Source: Heterodontus francisci
Taxonomy: Eukaryota
Assembly: GCF_036365525.1 (NCBI RefSeq)
Contig: NC_090387.1
Coordinates: forward strand, 31,870,675 to 31,934,674
Length of the DNA: 64,000 nt
Reading direction: 5' to 3'
In this document: piece after piece, positions 24,601 to 38,585 of the stretch
How positions within the stretch are numbered: position 1 is the stretch's first letter
Layout: every line of letters starts with the position of its first letter
Notes under the pieces: model-generated
Database searches by the model: none
Told to the model about the DNA's origin: nothing
What the model saw: only the letters and a program-made list of their open reading frames with translations
Position numbers and translations under genes: made by a program

Positions 24601-26270
24601 GATGTGGTTTACATGGATTTCAGTAAGGCATTTGACAAGGTCCCGCATTGCAGACTGGTCAGTAAAATGAAAGCCCATGGGAAACAGGGCTATGTGGCAG
24701 GTTGGATCCAGAATTGGCTCAGTGACAGGAAACAAAGGGTAGTAGTCGACGGATGTTTTTGTGAATGGAAAGCGGTTTCCACTGCTGTTCCACAGGGCTC
24801 AGTGTTGGATCCCTTGCTGGTTGTGGTATATATTAATTATTTGGACTTAAATGTGGGAGGTATGATTGGGAAATTTGCTGATGACACAAAAATTGGCCGT
24901 GTAGTTAATAGTGAAGAGGAGAGTTGTGGACTCCAGAGTGATATCACTGGTTTGGCTGAGTGGGCGTAAAAGTAGCAAATGGAATTCAATCCTGAGAAGT
25001 GTGAGGTGATGCATTTGGGGAGGGCAAATAAAGCGAGGGAATACACAATAAACGGGAGGATACTGAGAGGGGTAGAAGAAGTGAGAGACCTTGGAGTGTA
25101 TGTCCACAGATCCCTGAAGGTGGCAGGACAGGTAGATAGAGTGGTGAAGAAGGCATATGGATTGTTTTCCTTTATTGGCCGAGTTATAGAGTACAAAAGC
25201 AGGGATGTGATGTTGGAGCTATATAGAGTGCTGGTTATGCCGCAGCTAGAGTATTGTGTGCAGTTCTGGTCACCACGTTACAGAAAGGACATAATTGCTC
25301 TGGAAAGAGTGCAGAGGAGATTTACAAGAATGTTGCCAGGGTTTAAGGGTTGCAGCTATGAGGAAAGATTGGATAGGTTGGGGTTTATTCCCCCTCGAAT
25401 TGAGGAGACTGAGGGGTGACATGATTGAGGTGTACAAAATTATGAGGGGCCTGGATAAAGTAGACAGAAAGGATCTGTTTTCTGTGGCAGGGAGGTTGGT
25501 TACCAGGGGACACATATTTAAAGGTGATTGGTAGAAAGATTCTGTCCAATCTCATGAGGAGAAACTTTTTCACCCAGAGGGTGGTGGGTGTCTGGAATTC
25601 ACTACCAGGATTGGTGGTGTGTTGTTAAATGAACAGACTTGGCATGGGGAGTACTCGCAACCAACTTTTATTGACTTGTGCGCAAGGAGAACAACCACAG
25701 CGCGGCCCATAGTGAGGCTCACTGCAATGTTCTCAAGAGTTTCCACAAAACAGTGGCATTTATAGTGTTCTGTAACCAATAGTCTTACAATAATAATTTA
25801 AATCCTTAATTTGCATTCAAAGACACCAATAATACTACAGTTGAGCATTTGCCCTAAACAAATGGGATACAGCATTAATTCAATCCTTCGTTTACATATC
25901 TATCTCACTATTGGCCTTGCAGTTGGTACAGCAGTCCACCACGTGAGACAGAAAAGCACATTCTGTCTCAGCAACACTCACTTTATCTCAACTCCCTTGC
26001 CTAAGGAACAGCAAATGTATAAACATGATGACTAGCCAAATCCACACCCCTTGTCCAAGGATGGCTCACCTCAGATTCCACAGTGGAGACAGAGACCCTC
26101 AATTCTTTTAAAAGGTACCTGGACATGCACCTAAGGTGCTGTAATCTGCGAGGCTATGGACCAGGTGCTGGAAGGTGGGATTAGTTTGGGTGGATAGCTT
26201 TTACGGCCTGCGCAGACATGATGGACTGAATGGCCTCCTTCTGTGCTGTATTTTGTTCTATGTTCTATAA
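21602..26270 (+). mobile_element. Near full-length degenerate CR1 LINE (ORF1 zinc finger/leucine zipper and esterase; ORF2 APE and RT)
   Basis: 21869 MAGQLGQVECTSCGMW..CRKC; CCLPGARV, DGLHLN; YLNARS, AITETWL, GDSDHN, NYRPVSLTS, DFSKAFDKV, KFADDTK; frameshifts throughout. Confidence 0.93.
25618..26082 (-). mobile_element. Solo LTR inserted in a CR1 3' end
   Basis: TGT..ACA termini; 4-bp TSD GTGG (25614-17 and 26083-86); AATAAA on the minus strand near 25667; the CR1 rejoins when it is removed. Confidence 0.8.
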
Positions 26271-26289
26271 CCATTATCCCTATACTTTA

Positions 26290-26640
26290 GGCTGACCCTC
26301 CATTGCTGTAGTAAGGGAGTGCCACACAGTTGGTGACATTAAACTGGGCCGCATCTGCCCTTTCGTGTGGACGTAAAAGATCTCATGGCACTATTTCAAA
26401 GAGCAGAGGAGTTATCCCTGGTGTCCTGGCCAATATTTCCCTTCAATCAATATCACTAAAACAGATTATCTGTTCATTATCACATTGCTGTTTGTGCAAC
26501 CTAGCTGTTCACAAATTGGCTGCTGCATTTCCTACATTACAACAGTGACTATACTTCAAAAGTACTTCACTAGCTGTAAAGCGCTTTGGAATATCTTGAG
26601 GTCATGAAAGGTACTACATAAATGCAAGTTATTTCTTTCT
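26290..26640 (+). mobile_element. Deu-domain SINE (SacSINE1-like), 5' truncated
   Basis: CGTAAAAGATCTCATGGCACTATT..GGTGTCCTGGCCAATATT..AAATTGGCTGC core and L2-like tail GTAAAGCGCTTTGG..TAAATGCAAG; recognised from memory of the family. Confidence 0.65.
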
Positions 26641-26849
26641 TAATCTCCTAACCAGGTCAATAATTTGCCTTCATTTCCATGAGCTTTAAATTTTAGCTAG
26701 CAGTTTCTTACGTGGAACCTTATTAAACACCATCTGGAAGTTGATATAAACTACATCCATAGACACTCCCCTGTTTACTACTTGAGTTACTCAATTAGAT
26801 TCATTAGACATGACCTATCCATTATAGATCCCTATTGGCTACCCTGACA

Positions 26850-27375
26850 GGACAAAAATCACAAATGCGACAGTCCTCTCAAAAGGCAGAGCTCCCAAGT
26901 GTGTTGCCACTAATCAAACAGGCGGCTTCGGTGGATTGGACACATCCACAGGGTGGAAGATGTTCGCATACCCAAGGACCTTCTGTACGGTGAGGTAGCT
27001 GAGGCCAGACGACCAGTGGGGTACCCAAAGCTCAACTTCAAGGATGCTTGCAAGCGCGACATGAAGGTCTAAATGTGAATTATCAGACCTGGGAGTCAAG
27101 AGCTGGCGAGAGAGGGAAATGGCGATCCAACCTCTGGACTGGTGGCACCACCACAAAAACCAGTGGCTACAGCAGCTCGGCAACAGGCGCCAATGCTGAA
27201 AACAACAACTCACAGCATCGCTTGGCAGCTTCACGTGCAGCACTTGTGGCAGAAGGTGCCTCTCGAGGATTGGTCTTCACAGCCATCAGCAAAGGTGCAC
27301 TAAGGGAAGACACCCTGTCTAAATAGACTGTTTGCTGCTTGTCCATCATCTTTTGTCGACAGAAGGATGCCAACA
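26850..27375 (+). mobile_element. Older RTE LINE 3' fragment inside a minus-strand CR1 remnant (26640-27620)
   Basis: RRLRWIGHIHRVEDVRIPKDLLYGE..FKDACKRDMK and a CSTCGR finger remnant. Confidence 0.8.
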
Positions 27376-28163
27376 CTAGGCTCTCTCAAAGCAGCCACTC
27401 TGTCCTTAATTATTGATTCCAATAACTTCCCTGTAACAGATGTTAGACGAACAGGTCTTTAATTTCCTGGTTTCTCTCACTCACCTTTCTTAAATAATGG
27501 AGTTACATTTGTGATTTTCCAATCTAAAAAGAGACAATTCTTAATCAAGAGAGCTTTGAAAGACTATGGCTAACGCATCTGCAATTTGTTCACCTACTTC
27601 CTTTAAAATCCTGGGGTGGTAAGTATTTTTTTTTTTAATACTGTTTTCTTACTTATGTTCGCTTTTGTGAGTTTTATTCTTTGATTCATTATGAACTTCG
27701 CTGGAATGTCAGGTATATTATCCTCCTCCTCTACTCCGAAAATTGCAAACCCGACATATTCCTCTCAGAGGTTGAGTTGGATCCCTTGATTACAATGTTT
27801 CTGGTCATATTGAGAAATTTATTAGGGTTCTGTTTACTCCTTAGAATCTTAAACTTTAATAAGGTCTGTCCTGAACCTTCTGTTCCTCATATAAAGATGA
27901 TCAGTATCAAGTTTATATTGTCCTCAAAGCCAATAGGTCACCACTGTAACACATTACCCAGAACTTTACACAGTACTTGAGGCGGGTCCAAACAGTACCA
28001 TTAACAAGCTGATAGTTACTTCCAAGCCTTTATCCTTTTAACTATACCTTTCAAGACTTTGTATGCCTTTTTTTTTTACTGATGTCACATACTGCTGGTT
28101 TGAATGAGCTATCCATTGGCAAGCCCAGACCTCCTGTGTCCTCTTGGTCTCTTTAAATAACAG

Positions 28164-29895
28164 TGTTACAATCCCGTTAGGGACCGTTAACTTTTAAAAA
28201 GAGAAAGTCAAATTTCCAGTTATTACTGTTACGACCAAGGCGGGAGGAGTGCACTGTCTTTCTCTAGTTCCACTTATCCACAGGTCACAACATATATTTA
28301 AATGTGTACCCAGTTACTGATGCGGCCAATTATATACTCTAGCTATTTTAGTTTCAGAATAAAATTCACCAACCAGGTTTCTTTAATAAACAAAAGTATT
28401 AATTTATTCTAAAACAAGACTTTGTCAATAAAGATGCAAAGCTTTAACACACAGTTTTAAATATGGCAAATATATATATATTCCCTTCTAAGTACCGATC
28501 ACACACACACACATATATACACCTTGGTTAAAGGAAAAATACAGATGCTTTGGCCTAGGTACTTGTTAATTCTTGAAGAAAAAGGATAGGATATGTTATG
28601 TTCCAGATGGCATACAGTCTAGCATCTATGGAATCACCTCAGTCTTCCATAAATCCATCTCCACAATTCTAAAACACGAGTCCTCAAAAAATATTTTTTA
28701 AAAAAGCACTTTCCTAACATTACTGAAAGAATTACGCCACAAGATTTCATGTTTTAAACAAAATACTTTACTGTACAAGAGTTAAACAAAGCAAAATACT
28801 ACTAACTTAAAACTACAACTTGAGACATTTATATTTTAAACTGAAAATCTCAAAACATTTCTGTTTGACTTTTACTTCCACCCCCAGAATTCCCCCTATA
28901 CATTAAAAGGATCTTGGTGGTTTGTTCACTTCACCTAGGACCAATCCAAAGTGTACCACAGCTCTTCAGAATTCACTTTGATTTCATTAGTTTCTCAGCT
29001 GTCCTCTGAGGTATGAGATCATCTCCCGAATCTGTACTTTCCAGTTTTGTGCATGGGTCTGCCTCAAAACAAAGACCCCTGGTTCCCGATGGCCTCTTTG
29101 CTCCAACAACTTTGCAAAAGCCAACTTGCTTGTCTAAAAGCCAACAAACTGACTGTCAGCAAGCACACAGATCAAAAAACCAACAGATACCCCTGCATCA
29201 TCTATCTCCATAGCATGTGGTACATATGGGATGTCCCAGATAGCAATTTAAACTAATTATTTCACACTCCAAATCTTCTCTTTGATTCCTGATAGCAATA
29301 TCAATTATTCATGTGGGTATCAATGACAGAACAAACTCTCCTAAACTTTCTGGTTCCAACTGCCCAACTAAATGAGGCCATCTGTGGTTTTATGGCACTC
29401 ACCTCTCTAACTGTGTCTCTGTAAGCACTCAAGAGATTTTTGAACTTTAATCTTTTTGTTCTGGGAAATCATATGAATAATTTAAACCACAGACAGAGGT
29501 AGCTAAAGGCACATCGTCTCCATCAACAAGAGGGGTTCCCATTGTGTTGGGTCTTTACATTCCCAGTATAACCTTACTAAATAAACATGGGCCTTCCTTT
29601 GATTTGTAACCACCCTAGGCTTGTTTGGCAGCTTCTCAAACTTTTTCATTTGTCCTGCATTAAAAAATCAATTCCCAAATTAAAAGATCCATCTACAAGA
29701 TGAATACAAACCATGAACCAGCTGATTATAACAACAGCACTTGATCATAAACAAATGTATCCATGAACTACATGTAATTTTAAGAATAACTACTAAGTAG
29801 CTTTTAACAATGGAATAGCTGCCACAAATCACAACAAATACAGACCAAAGAGAAACATTCAAAAAGCAGATGAATCCCTTAAATGGGATGTAACA
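28164..29895 (-). mobile_element. LTR-like element (outer), containing a second solo LTR
   Basis: Inverted termini TGTTACAATCCC / GGGATGTAACA; no clear TSD; strand tentative. Confidence 0.5.
28227..28719 (-). mobile_element. Solo LTR (inner)
   Basis: TGTTA..TAACA termini with 4-bp TSD TTAC (28223-26 and 28720-23); strand tentative. Confidence 0.7.
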
Positions 29896-30102
29896 AAGTA
29901 TTCTTTACCATACAAGGCAGGAGAGAACTGTGTCCAAGAATGGGATGGCAGGCTGAGCTAGATAACTTAACAGCAAAGACCTAACATAATCAGTATTTTT
30001 ATATGGATCAGCATAGCTCAGTGACAGCATTAGTCTAAATTAGAAGGTTGCGAGTTCAAGCCTCACTCTAGGATTTTGGTACATAATCAAGACTGATACT
30101 TC

Positions 30103-30522
30103 GGGCTGGATTTTACCCTAGGCAGACGGGTATTCGCCACAGACGTGAAAGTCGGTGGCGAACCTGCTTCCGCTTAGCCCAGGTATCCATCCTGCATTTT
30201 TCGGGTCCCCGGGCTTTAATTGTCCCGAGGAGGAACTTCCACCCACTTGAGGGAGGAGGTCCCGCCTCAGTGAGCTGCCGGCCAATTGGGACCGGCAGCT
30301 CTTAGTCCCAGCAGTGCCACCGGAAGCGGTGGCCACTGCTGGGACTGCAGCCCAGCCAACGCATGGAGCCTGGGGACGAGGTAAGTTGAGATAGCCTCAC
30401 CAGGGGGATCGGTCCTTCCCTGGTGAGGCTGGAATGGTCGTTTGGAGGGATGGGGGTGTCTTGGGTCCCGGGGGTGGGTTGGGAGGCGGTGGCGGCCCTC
30501 AAACGGCACCCTGTGCCTGACT
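30103..30522. mobile_element. Truncated Harbinger-type MITE
   Basis: Starts GGGCTGGATTTT; inverted homology to 53280-53586 (CAGCTCTTAGTCCCAGCAGTGCCAC). Confidence 0.7.
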
Positions 30523-32330
30523 GCTATGCCTTTATTAATTACTTTCTCACCCTGCCCTGTCACCTTCACTGACTTGTGTATATATACCCCCAGGTCCCTC
30601 TGCTCCTGCACCCCTTTAGAATTGTATCCTTCATTTTATATTGCCTTACTTCATTCTTCTGACCAAAATGCACCACTTCATACTCCTGTGCATTAAATTT
30701 CATCTGCCACGTGTCCATCCATTCCACAAGCCTGTCCATATCCTCTTGAAGTCCATCACTGGTTTCTCATAGTTCACAATATTTCCAAGTTTTGTGTCAT
30801 CTGCAAATTTTGAAATTGTGCCCAGCATACCCAGTCTAGGTCATTAATGTAGATCAAGAAAATACTGAGTCCGCTATATAACTTCCTCCAGTCTGAAAAA
30901 TAGCTATTCACCACCACTCTGCTTCCAGTCACTCAGCCAACTTTGTATCCATACTGTCACTGTCTCTTTTTATTCCATGGGCTTCAATTTTGCTGACAAG
31001 CCTGTTATTAGGCACTTTCTTAAACGCCTTTTGGAAGACCATGTACATCACATCAACTGCATTACCATCATCAACCCTCTGTTACCTCATCAAAAAAACT
31101 CAAATCAAGTTAGTTAAACACAATTTGCCCTTATATAATCCATGCTGGCTTTCCTTAATTAATCCACAATTGTCCAAGTAACTTAATTTTGTATAGGATT
31201 ATTGTTTCTAAAAGCTTTCCCGCCACCGAGGTTGAAGTGACTGGTCTGTAGCTGCTGGGATTATCTATACACCTTTTTTGAACAAGGGTGTAACATTTGC
31301 AATTCTCCAGTCCTCTGGCACTGCTGCTCTATCTAATGAAGATTGGAAGATTATGGCCAGTGCCTCCACAATTTCCACCCTTACTTTCCTCAGAATCCTT
31401 GGATGCATCGGATTGATCCTGTTGATTTATCAACTTAACCTTGCCAACCTTTCTAATACCTCCTCTTTAGCAATTTTAGGCCATCCAGAGTCTCAACTAC
31501 CTCCTCTTTCATTACAACTTTGGCAGCATCTTCCTCCCTGGTAAAGCCAGATGCAAAGTACTCATTTAATACCTCAACCATGTTTTCTGCCTCCATGCAT
31601 AAATCCCATTTTTGGTCCCTAATCAGCCCTGCTCCTCCTTTTACCACCATTTCATTACTTGTATGCCCAGAGAAGACTTCTGGACTCCCTTTGATGTTGG
31701 TGCTGCCAGTCTCTTCTCATACTCTCTTTGCTGCTCTTATTTTTTTTTTCACTTCTCCTCTGAACTTTCTATATTCAGCCTGGTTCTCACTTATATTATC
31801 AATCTGACATCTATCATACACACCCTTTTTCTGCTTCATCTTACTCTCCATCTCTTTTGTCATCCAGGGAGCTCTGGCTTTGTTTGACCTACTATTCCCC
31901 TTCATGGGAATGTACCTGACTGTATTTAAACTATCTCCTCTTTAAAGGCAGCCATTGTTCTATTACAGTTTTGTTTGTCAATCTTTGATTCCGATTTACC
32001 TGGGCCAGATCTGTTCTCATCCCACTGAAATTGGAATCTCTCCCAATAAATTATTTTTATTCTGGATTGCTCCTTGTCCTGTTCCATAGCTAACCTAAAC
32101 CTTATGATGCTACGATCGGTAGCTCCTAAACATTCCCCTGACACTTGATTCAGTTGTCCTACCTCATTCCCCAGAACCAGATCTAAAATGCCTCCTTCCT
32201 CATTGGACTGGAAACATACTGTACAAATTCTCTGTAACACACTCTAGAAACTCTTCCCCTTCTCTGCCCTGTACACTATTACTATCCCAGTCTATATTAG
32301 GATAATTAAAATCCCCCATCATAACAGTTG
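30523..32330 (-). mobile_element. Degenerate CR1 ORF2 fragment
   Basis: ILDLVLGNE, RAPWMTKE, VLNEYFASGFT, QRDLGV on the minus strand. Confidence 0.88.
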
Positions 32331-35300
32331 TCCAGTTCTAGGGAGCACTGCTCCTACTGAGTACTAAATGTGGGGAAGTTGGTTAGTGAGGGAATTTTAA
32401 AACTTTTAAGGGTCAATTACTTTCTAAAATTGAGTTAAGTTTTGCATTTAACTTAACTTTAACCTTAACTTGTAGTTTCTTACAAAGAGTTAGTTAGTGG
32501 TAAACAAGCTGCCTGCTAGTGGCAGTTACACTGAGGATAATTAGGTGCCTGGATAACATAGATCTTTACAAGTTTTGCTAGTATAAATACAGGAGGGGTT
32601 TTCTAATGCAGACTAAATAGCACCGAGTCCAATTCTATGAAGTACTGCTTCTACAGCGTATTAAACTTGGTGAGTGAGGGAATTTGTTGCAGTGAGGGAG
32701 GAGGTGCTGTTCGGGTATTTAAAAAAAGGAGATTCCGTAGTTAGGGGGACAGACAGGCATTTCTCTGTCATCATGCGTCTCGCATGGTAGGTTGCCTCCC
32801 TGGTGCCAGGGTAAAGGATATCATGGAGAGAGTCCAGGAAATTCTGTGGGGCAAGAGCTATGTGATCCAGAAGTACACATTGGTACCAATGGCATAGTGA
32901 GGGCAGATATTGAGATCCTACAATCAGACTTTCAAAAGCTAGGGAGAATGTTAGAAAGTAGGTTCTCGAAGATAGTAATCTCTGCCACGTGCCAGCAAAA
33001 GTAGAAATAGGAAGATAGGATCAATGTTTACCTTGAGGCATGGTGCAAGAGGGAGGGCCTCAGATTCTTGGGGTATTGGGACCAGTTCTTGGGCAGAAGG
33101 TATCTATTCAAAAGGGACGGGTTGCACCTCAATTGGACTAGGATCAATGTCATCATGGAGAGGTTTACTCATATGGTTGGGAAAGGTTTAAACTAAATTG
33201 GCAGTGGGGTGGGCACCAGCATATATAAGTAGAAAAGAGGAATAAGGTACATAAAAGGAGTGAGTGTGTTGGATAGTACTAGAGAAGGAAGTAGTACTAT
33301 ATGAGATAGAAGTAGAGCAAGAAGGACTATGAGGAATACAAAGACAGGTTTTAGAATACATGTACGTAAACACACAATGTGTGGTAAATATGTTTGGTAA
33401 GGTACAAGTGCAAATAGCTGTGTGGGAATATGATATAATGGCAATAATGGAAGTGTGGCTTAAAAATGGTAAGGACTGGGTGGATACAAAGGCTGGAATT
33501 GTTTTGAATCCCACAGCGTTCCCAACGGTGGGACTGGAAGTTGGTGGAAATTGCACCAAGTGGAAGTTGGTGGAAATACAATTCCTGTATTGCACGCAAT
33601 TTTATATACAAATTTAACAATGTAGCGACAGGCACAGGAGACACGTAAAATCACGCGGCGGGGACGAACTTTCATTGGTGGAACCCGCCGTCACTCAGTC
33701 AAGCACCACGAGCACCAGGGCTATAAAGCATTCTGTGTTTCAAGCCTCAAGGAATAGCAGCCTTCGTGGTATGCAAGTGTCTTCAGAGTTACCTCAATTA
33801 AATATTTTACTTAGTTTTAACTGCTTTCTCCTTCCTTAATTTTTCAAACCCAGCACCAACTCCCTCCCCATCATTTTTTTTCCCTACAGCAAGAGCAAAA
33901 ATGTCAGCCAGCAGGCACTGTTCACCCGTCCCCCATGGTCCAGTGATGCCTCTCTGCAAGTTCTGCTGCAGGCCGTCAGGGAAAGGCGGGAGGTCCTCTT
34001 CCCTGCAGATGGAGTCAGAAGATCCTCCCACCTGGCCAAGGCAGCCTGGATGGAGGTAGCAGAGGAGCTCTCGAACCGTGGAGTTATGTGCTGAACCTGG
34101 GTTCAGTGTCACAAAATTATCAAAGACTTGCTCAGATCGGCAAGGGTGGGGTCTTGGCGAAGCTGTTCCATTGTTTTCCTCCTGGCTCCGTGTCTAAGAC
34201 AGAGAGTAGACAAGGCATGCAGTGGAATATGTCAGCAGCCTTGGTGCCATACCTAAATGATTGCGTGCGATGTTGATTGGCATTTTTGAAGTGCTTGGAT
34301 GTATCGTGTGAAAGCCAGTCTGGAATGAGCGATGTCGATGCATGTATACAGTGAGTGTGATGCATCTCTGAATATGTCATTAAATCCGCACTATCTCCTG
34401 CAGGAAAAACACACCCACAACCAGCATGAGCAGGCAAAGACAGGTGGAGGTGTCCCAGACATCAGGGTGCTGACACCGGTTGAGGAGGAGGCAGCAGAAA
34501 TAGTGAGAGAGGAGAGACACAGAGCAATCGCAGATAGCGATGCAGGATTCTCAAGGCATAAGGATGAAGTGTCATCTTCAGACTCGCAGCCATATGTGCA
34601 CACCAAAGGAAAGTGTGTAAACTCAGGTTTAGCTGATGCTTAATGTGCCTCTATTTGTGCCTCCACTGCAGGTGCCTGCACTCGAGTGACGGAATGCCAC
34701 GAGGCACAAAATTCCTCCTCTGGGGAGTAAGATGTCACTGCCCCAGAGGGTGCACTGTAACCTGCCTCTTCTTCCACCTCTGCCAGCGCAGATACATCCA
34801 CACGGTCCTCGGGTGGGTTTAAGATTAGAATCTTCATCACAAGTTGGTGGTCACAACACAGGCACGTCCCAGCAGCTGAGGGAGCATGTGCCAGCCAGAT
34901 CTCTTGATAATTGGAGGACTGTTGGGGGCCAGGCCCTTACTCAGCCCCATGCTGATGGTGATCCTCTGTTTGTTGCTACTGGACGTTTGCTGGAGTACAG
35001 CAAAGCCATATGGAAAATATGTCGGAGATGCCTGAAGTCATGCGTAGCTTTGCACATGCCAAGGAGAAATCAATGCAAGCCATGACATCTGCCATATCCC
35101 AGGCATATGAGCGTATGGCTACCTCAGTCGGGAGTTTGGCAAGGTCTGTGGCGAGTCTAGTTCAGCACTCGAGCCACATAGGCTCTGGCCTGCACTCCAT
35201 CACTGTAGCTATGGGCTCCATGCAGCAGAGCTTAAGTGAGTGGGGGAGCGAGGAACCTGGACCTCCCTAAGGGTGCTGCTTCTCCTCAGGGGGACAGGCA

Positions 35301-38300
35301 GGTGCCATCATGCACCCAGATGGAGGATGAGCGCATGCCAGCTGCCCCGGGGCCTTCCTCTCAGCACACCCCCAGGGTAAGCAGCATCTTGTCCTCCCCC
35401 CAACATTGACCCCCTTACTTCCAGCAGATGAGCACACGGGGAATACTCGAGCATCAGTGCTGCAGACTCCAGTAGGATGGAGAAATCAAGGCCCTGTTCC
35501 TCCAGAGGATGCCCACCAGAGTCATCCAGAGAAACGAGGCAGTGCACTGAGCAGACTGTCACCACCTCAGCTGCTAATGTTGGGGTAGTACCTAAATGTA
35601 GTGGTAGAAAATGTAAAACAGAACAATTCTGAACACGAAGATGGCACATGAGTTTTAAATATTGTGCACATATTTTTGAAATTTAAATACATATTTATTT
35701 GCTTTAATCTTTGATGCACTCTCTTAAATCATTTGCTTTGTTTCAGTTGAAAAGGAAAATGTTTATTGGAGGCCTATGGCAGGAACGCATTGATGCTTGC
35801 AATGCATTTCTGCAAGGGTCCAGTGCCCTTTTATCATTGACATTTGAGCCTTCAGTCTTCAATAATGGCTGCTTGTCATTTGACAATTTTGCACTTTCTT
35901 TCTTACCAACATGCCTTACATTTTTAGTTCTGGGGTCACCTCCTTACTTTCCTTGCATAGATGTGTTTTCCATTCCATTGTAACCCAGAGAATATTTGAT
36001 CTGCTGGTCAGATCAAAGTGCTGCAATGTTGTAGCTTCCTATGTGTGTGGGTTAATGCCTTGATGCAGGAGAATATTTCCATGGAGACGCAGGTCGCTTT
36101 CAATGAAGATGATAGCATACAGGCCGTTAGGCATATCTCAACTGCAGGTTCATGTGTTGTTGTCAGAAGAGCCTTCTTTTCGAATACAGCAATGAATAAG
36201 ACCTCAGGCATATGTGAACATATTTGGAGGATTTTTTCCTCCTCCCAACGGTCCTTTATGGAGTGCCTTAATGTTGGCTGAAATTTGCAAATATGAGGTT
36301 CTTCCTGATGTCTCTTGCATGCCTCTCCATGGCCCTTATATCCATAACGGCATTGTTGGCATCCTCCTCACTCTCTTCAGTCATCCTCATCAGAGGAGGA
36401 CTGGTGTTCCTCTGGCTGCAGAATGTAACCGCGTTTAATTGCCAGGTTGTGCAATGCACAGCAGACATTGATTATTCATGACCCTCTGTGACATATACTA
36501 AAGAGCCCCTCCAGACTGATCAAGGCAGCAGAAGTGCATTTTCAACAAACCAGTGGTGTGTTTGATGATGGCTCTGGTAGATGTGTGAGCAGCGTTGTAT
36601 CTCTCTTCAGCTATGCTTTGGGGATGCCTCATTGGTGTCATCAACCATGTCTAAAGGGGGTAACCCTCATCACCCAGAATCCAGCCGTCTACTTCAGCTG
36701 ATTTGTCAAAAATTCCTAGCAGCTGCAAGTTCCTCAAAATGTATAAGTTGTGACAGCTCCCTGGGAAGTGTGCACAAACCTGCATTATTCATCTCCTATG
36801 GTCGCAAACCAGTTGTACATTCAAAGAGTGGAAGCCTTGCAATTCATAAATGCAGCAGGCTGGTCCCAGGGACCTCTAATGGCCACGTGTTCAGTCAATC
36901 ACTCCTTGCACTCTAGGGAACCCAACAATGGCGCTGAAGGCTGCAGACCTTGCTGCCTGGCTGTCCTCGTCTACAGGTAAGCAGATGAAATCATTGGCAC
37001 GATGTAATGGGTCATTCGTCACCTCTTTGATACACCTATGGGTCACAGACTGTGATATGTTGATCCCTGGAAGGCCCCGCTAGCAAAAAAATTGAGTGCA
37101 GCAGTCATCTTAGGGCAACTGGCATGGAATTCCCACTAAACCCAAGTGGTTGCACGTCATGCTGCAGGATCCTACAAATTTCTGTGGCCATTTCACGTGG
37201 CATCCTTGGGTGTCTCTGGCATTGCCTTTCTGACATTTGAAGGTAATTTGTCCTTGTCCTGAGGATGCGATAACATGCCAGCGCTGTCTTCGATAATGTC
37301 ATTCCTGAATGTTATCACTTGCAGCAACCTCACCTTCTTGTTCTGCCTGTTGCTGGCATTCAGGCATCATGCCTTGAGGGAAAAGAACCCTCCTTAGCCG
37401 CTCCCTCTGCTCTTCTTCCCATGGTAGTAGACAAATTGTGTGTATGAGACACTTGTCGTTGCAGCTTTGCAGATAATGTCATGAGCAGAGCATTCCAATT
37501 CAGCCTTCTGTTGCCAGTCAGCTGAACCATCGAGCTAATGAACAGTTCGCTTTTATGTGCCTTAAGGTTGCAGCCAGCAGGAAATCCCACCCATTGGTGT
37601 CCTCCCACATGACCTGCAATCCTTGAGTGGCCATGTAGCTTGCATTATTGTTCAAGAAAACGGTGTGTGTACAATTTAAGGCAAGTTTCCCCACCCTCCA
37701 ACCTCGTCCTGCCACATTCCAGCCTGCACCCATCACCCTTGACTTACCCAATCTAACCTTACACCTTCCCTCTGTTACCATTAGAACCTGCCCCATCATC
37801 TTGGACAGCATCACAATCAATTTATTCATGCCATCACTCCCCTGTTCCTACTCCTGTTACCATTCAAATGTCGATTCTGACCCTTGATCCTCCTCAGATC
37901 CACCTTAATGTTATTGCCGAGTCCCGTTCCCCTCCCTATGATGCTGTAGAATATCCAACCCTAAGTCTCAACCTTTCCCCCTACAGAATCCAATTGCCCC
38001 CATTGACTGTGACCGTTCCCTCTGCCACCCAGTACCATGAATTTGTCCCACAGGTCCCTGATGTTGACAGTACTCATCCCTCCCTTTAGGCCCCTCATGA
38101 CCATCTGTTGACTGTAATGCTCAAATCAACCCACTACCCCCACAGCCACCCACAACAAACTTCAGCAGCAACAACAACCATTACATACCCTGGGTGCTCC
38201 ACTCCTCCCTCCCCTGCTCCTCTATGCACCCAATACCCCAACCCTGTCCATCCCAAGTTCCTTCTCCTGCTCCTTCACGTGCATCCCCCCCCACGCCTTT

Positions 38301-38585
38301 GCCACCATCCTTGAAGTGCCAAGCCTGGAGACAAACATCCATTCCAATATTGGCATTCCTTGTGCTGATGCATTCAATACATGAAACCACTGACCTCAGA
38401 CAAAACTACACAAAGCTGACTAGCATATGCCACATTTAAACAAACGTGAACCAGGTGGCACGGGTATACCGCTCACCGCTAACTTAATCTAGCAGGTAGA
38501 AAATAATTTGAACTAAGTGTAGGTAATGAATATTCATGGTATGGAAATTAATGCAAATCTGCAATCCACCACTGTGCAGGGGAAC

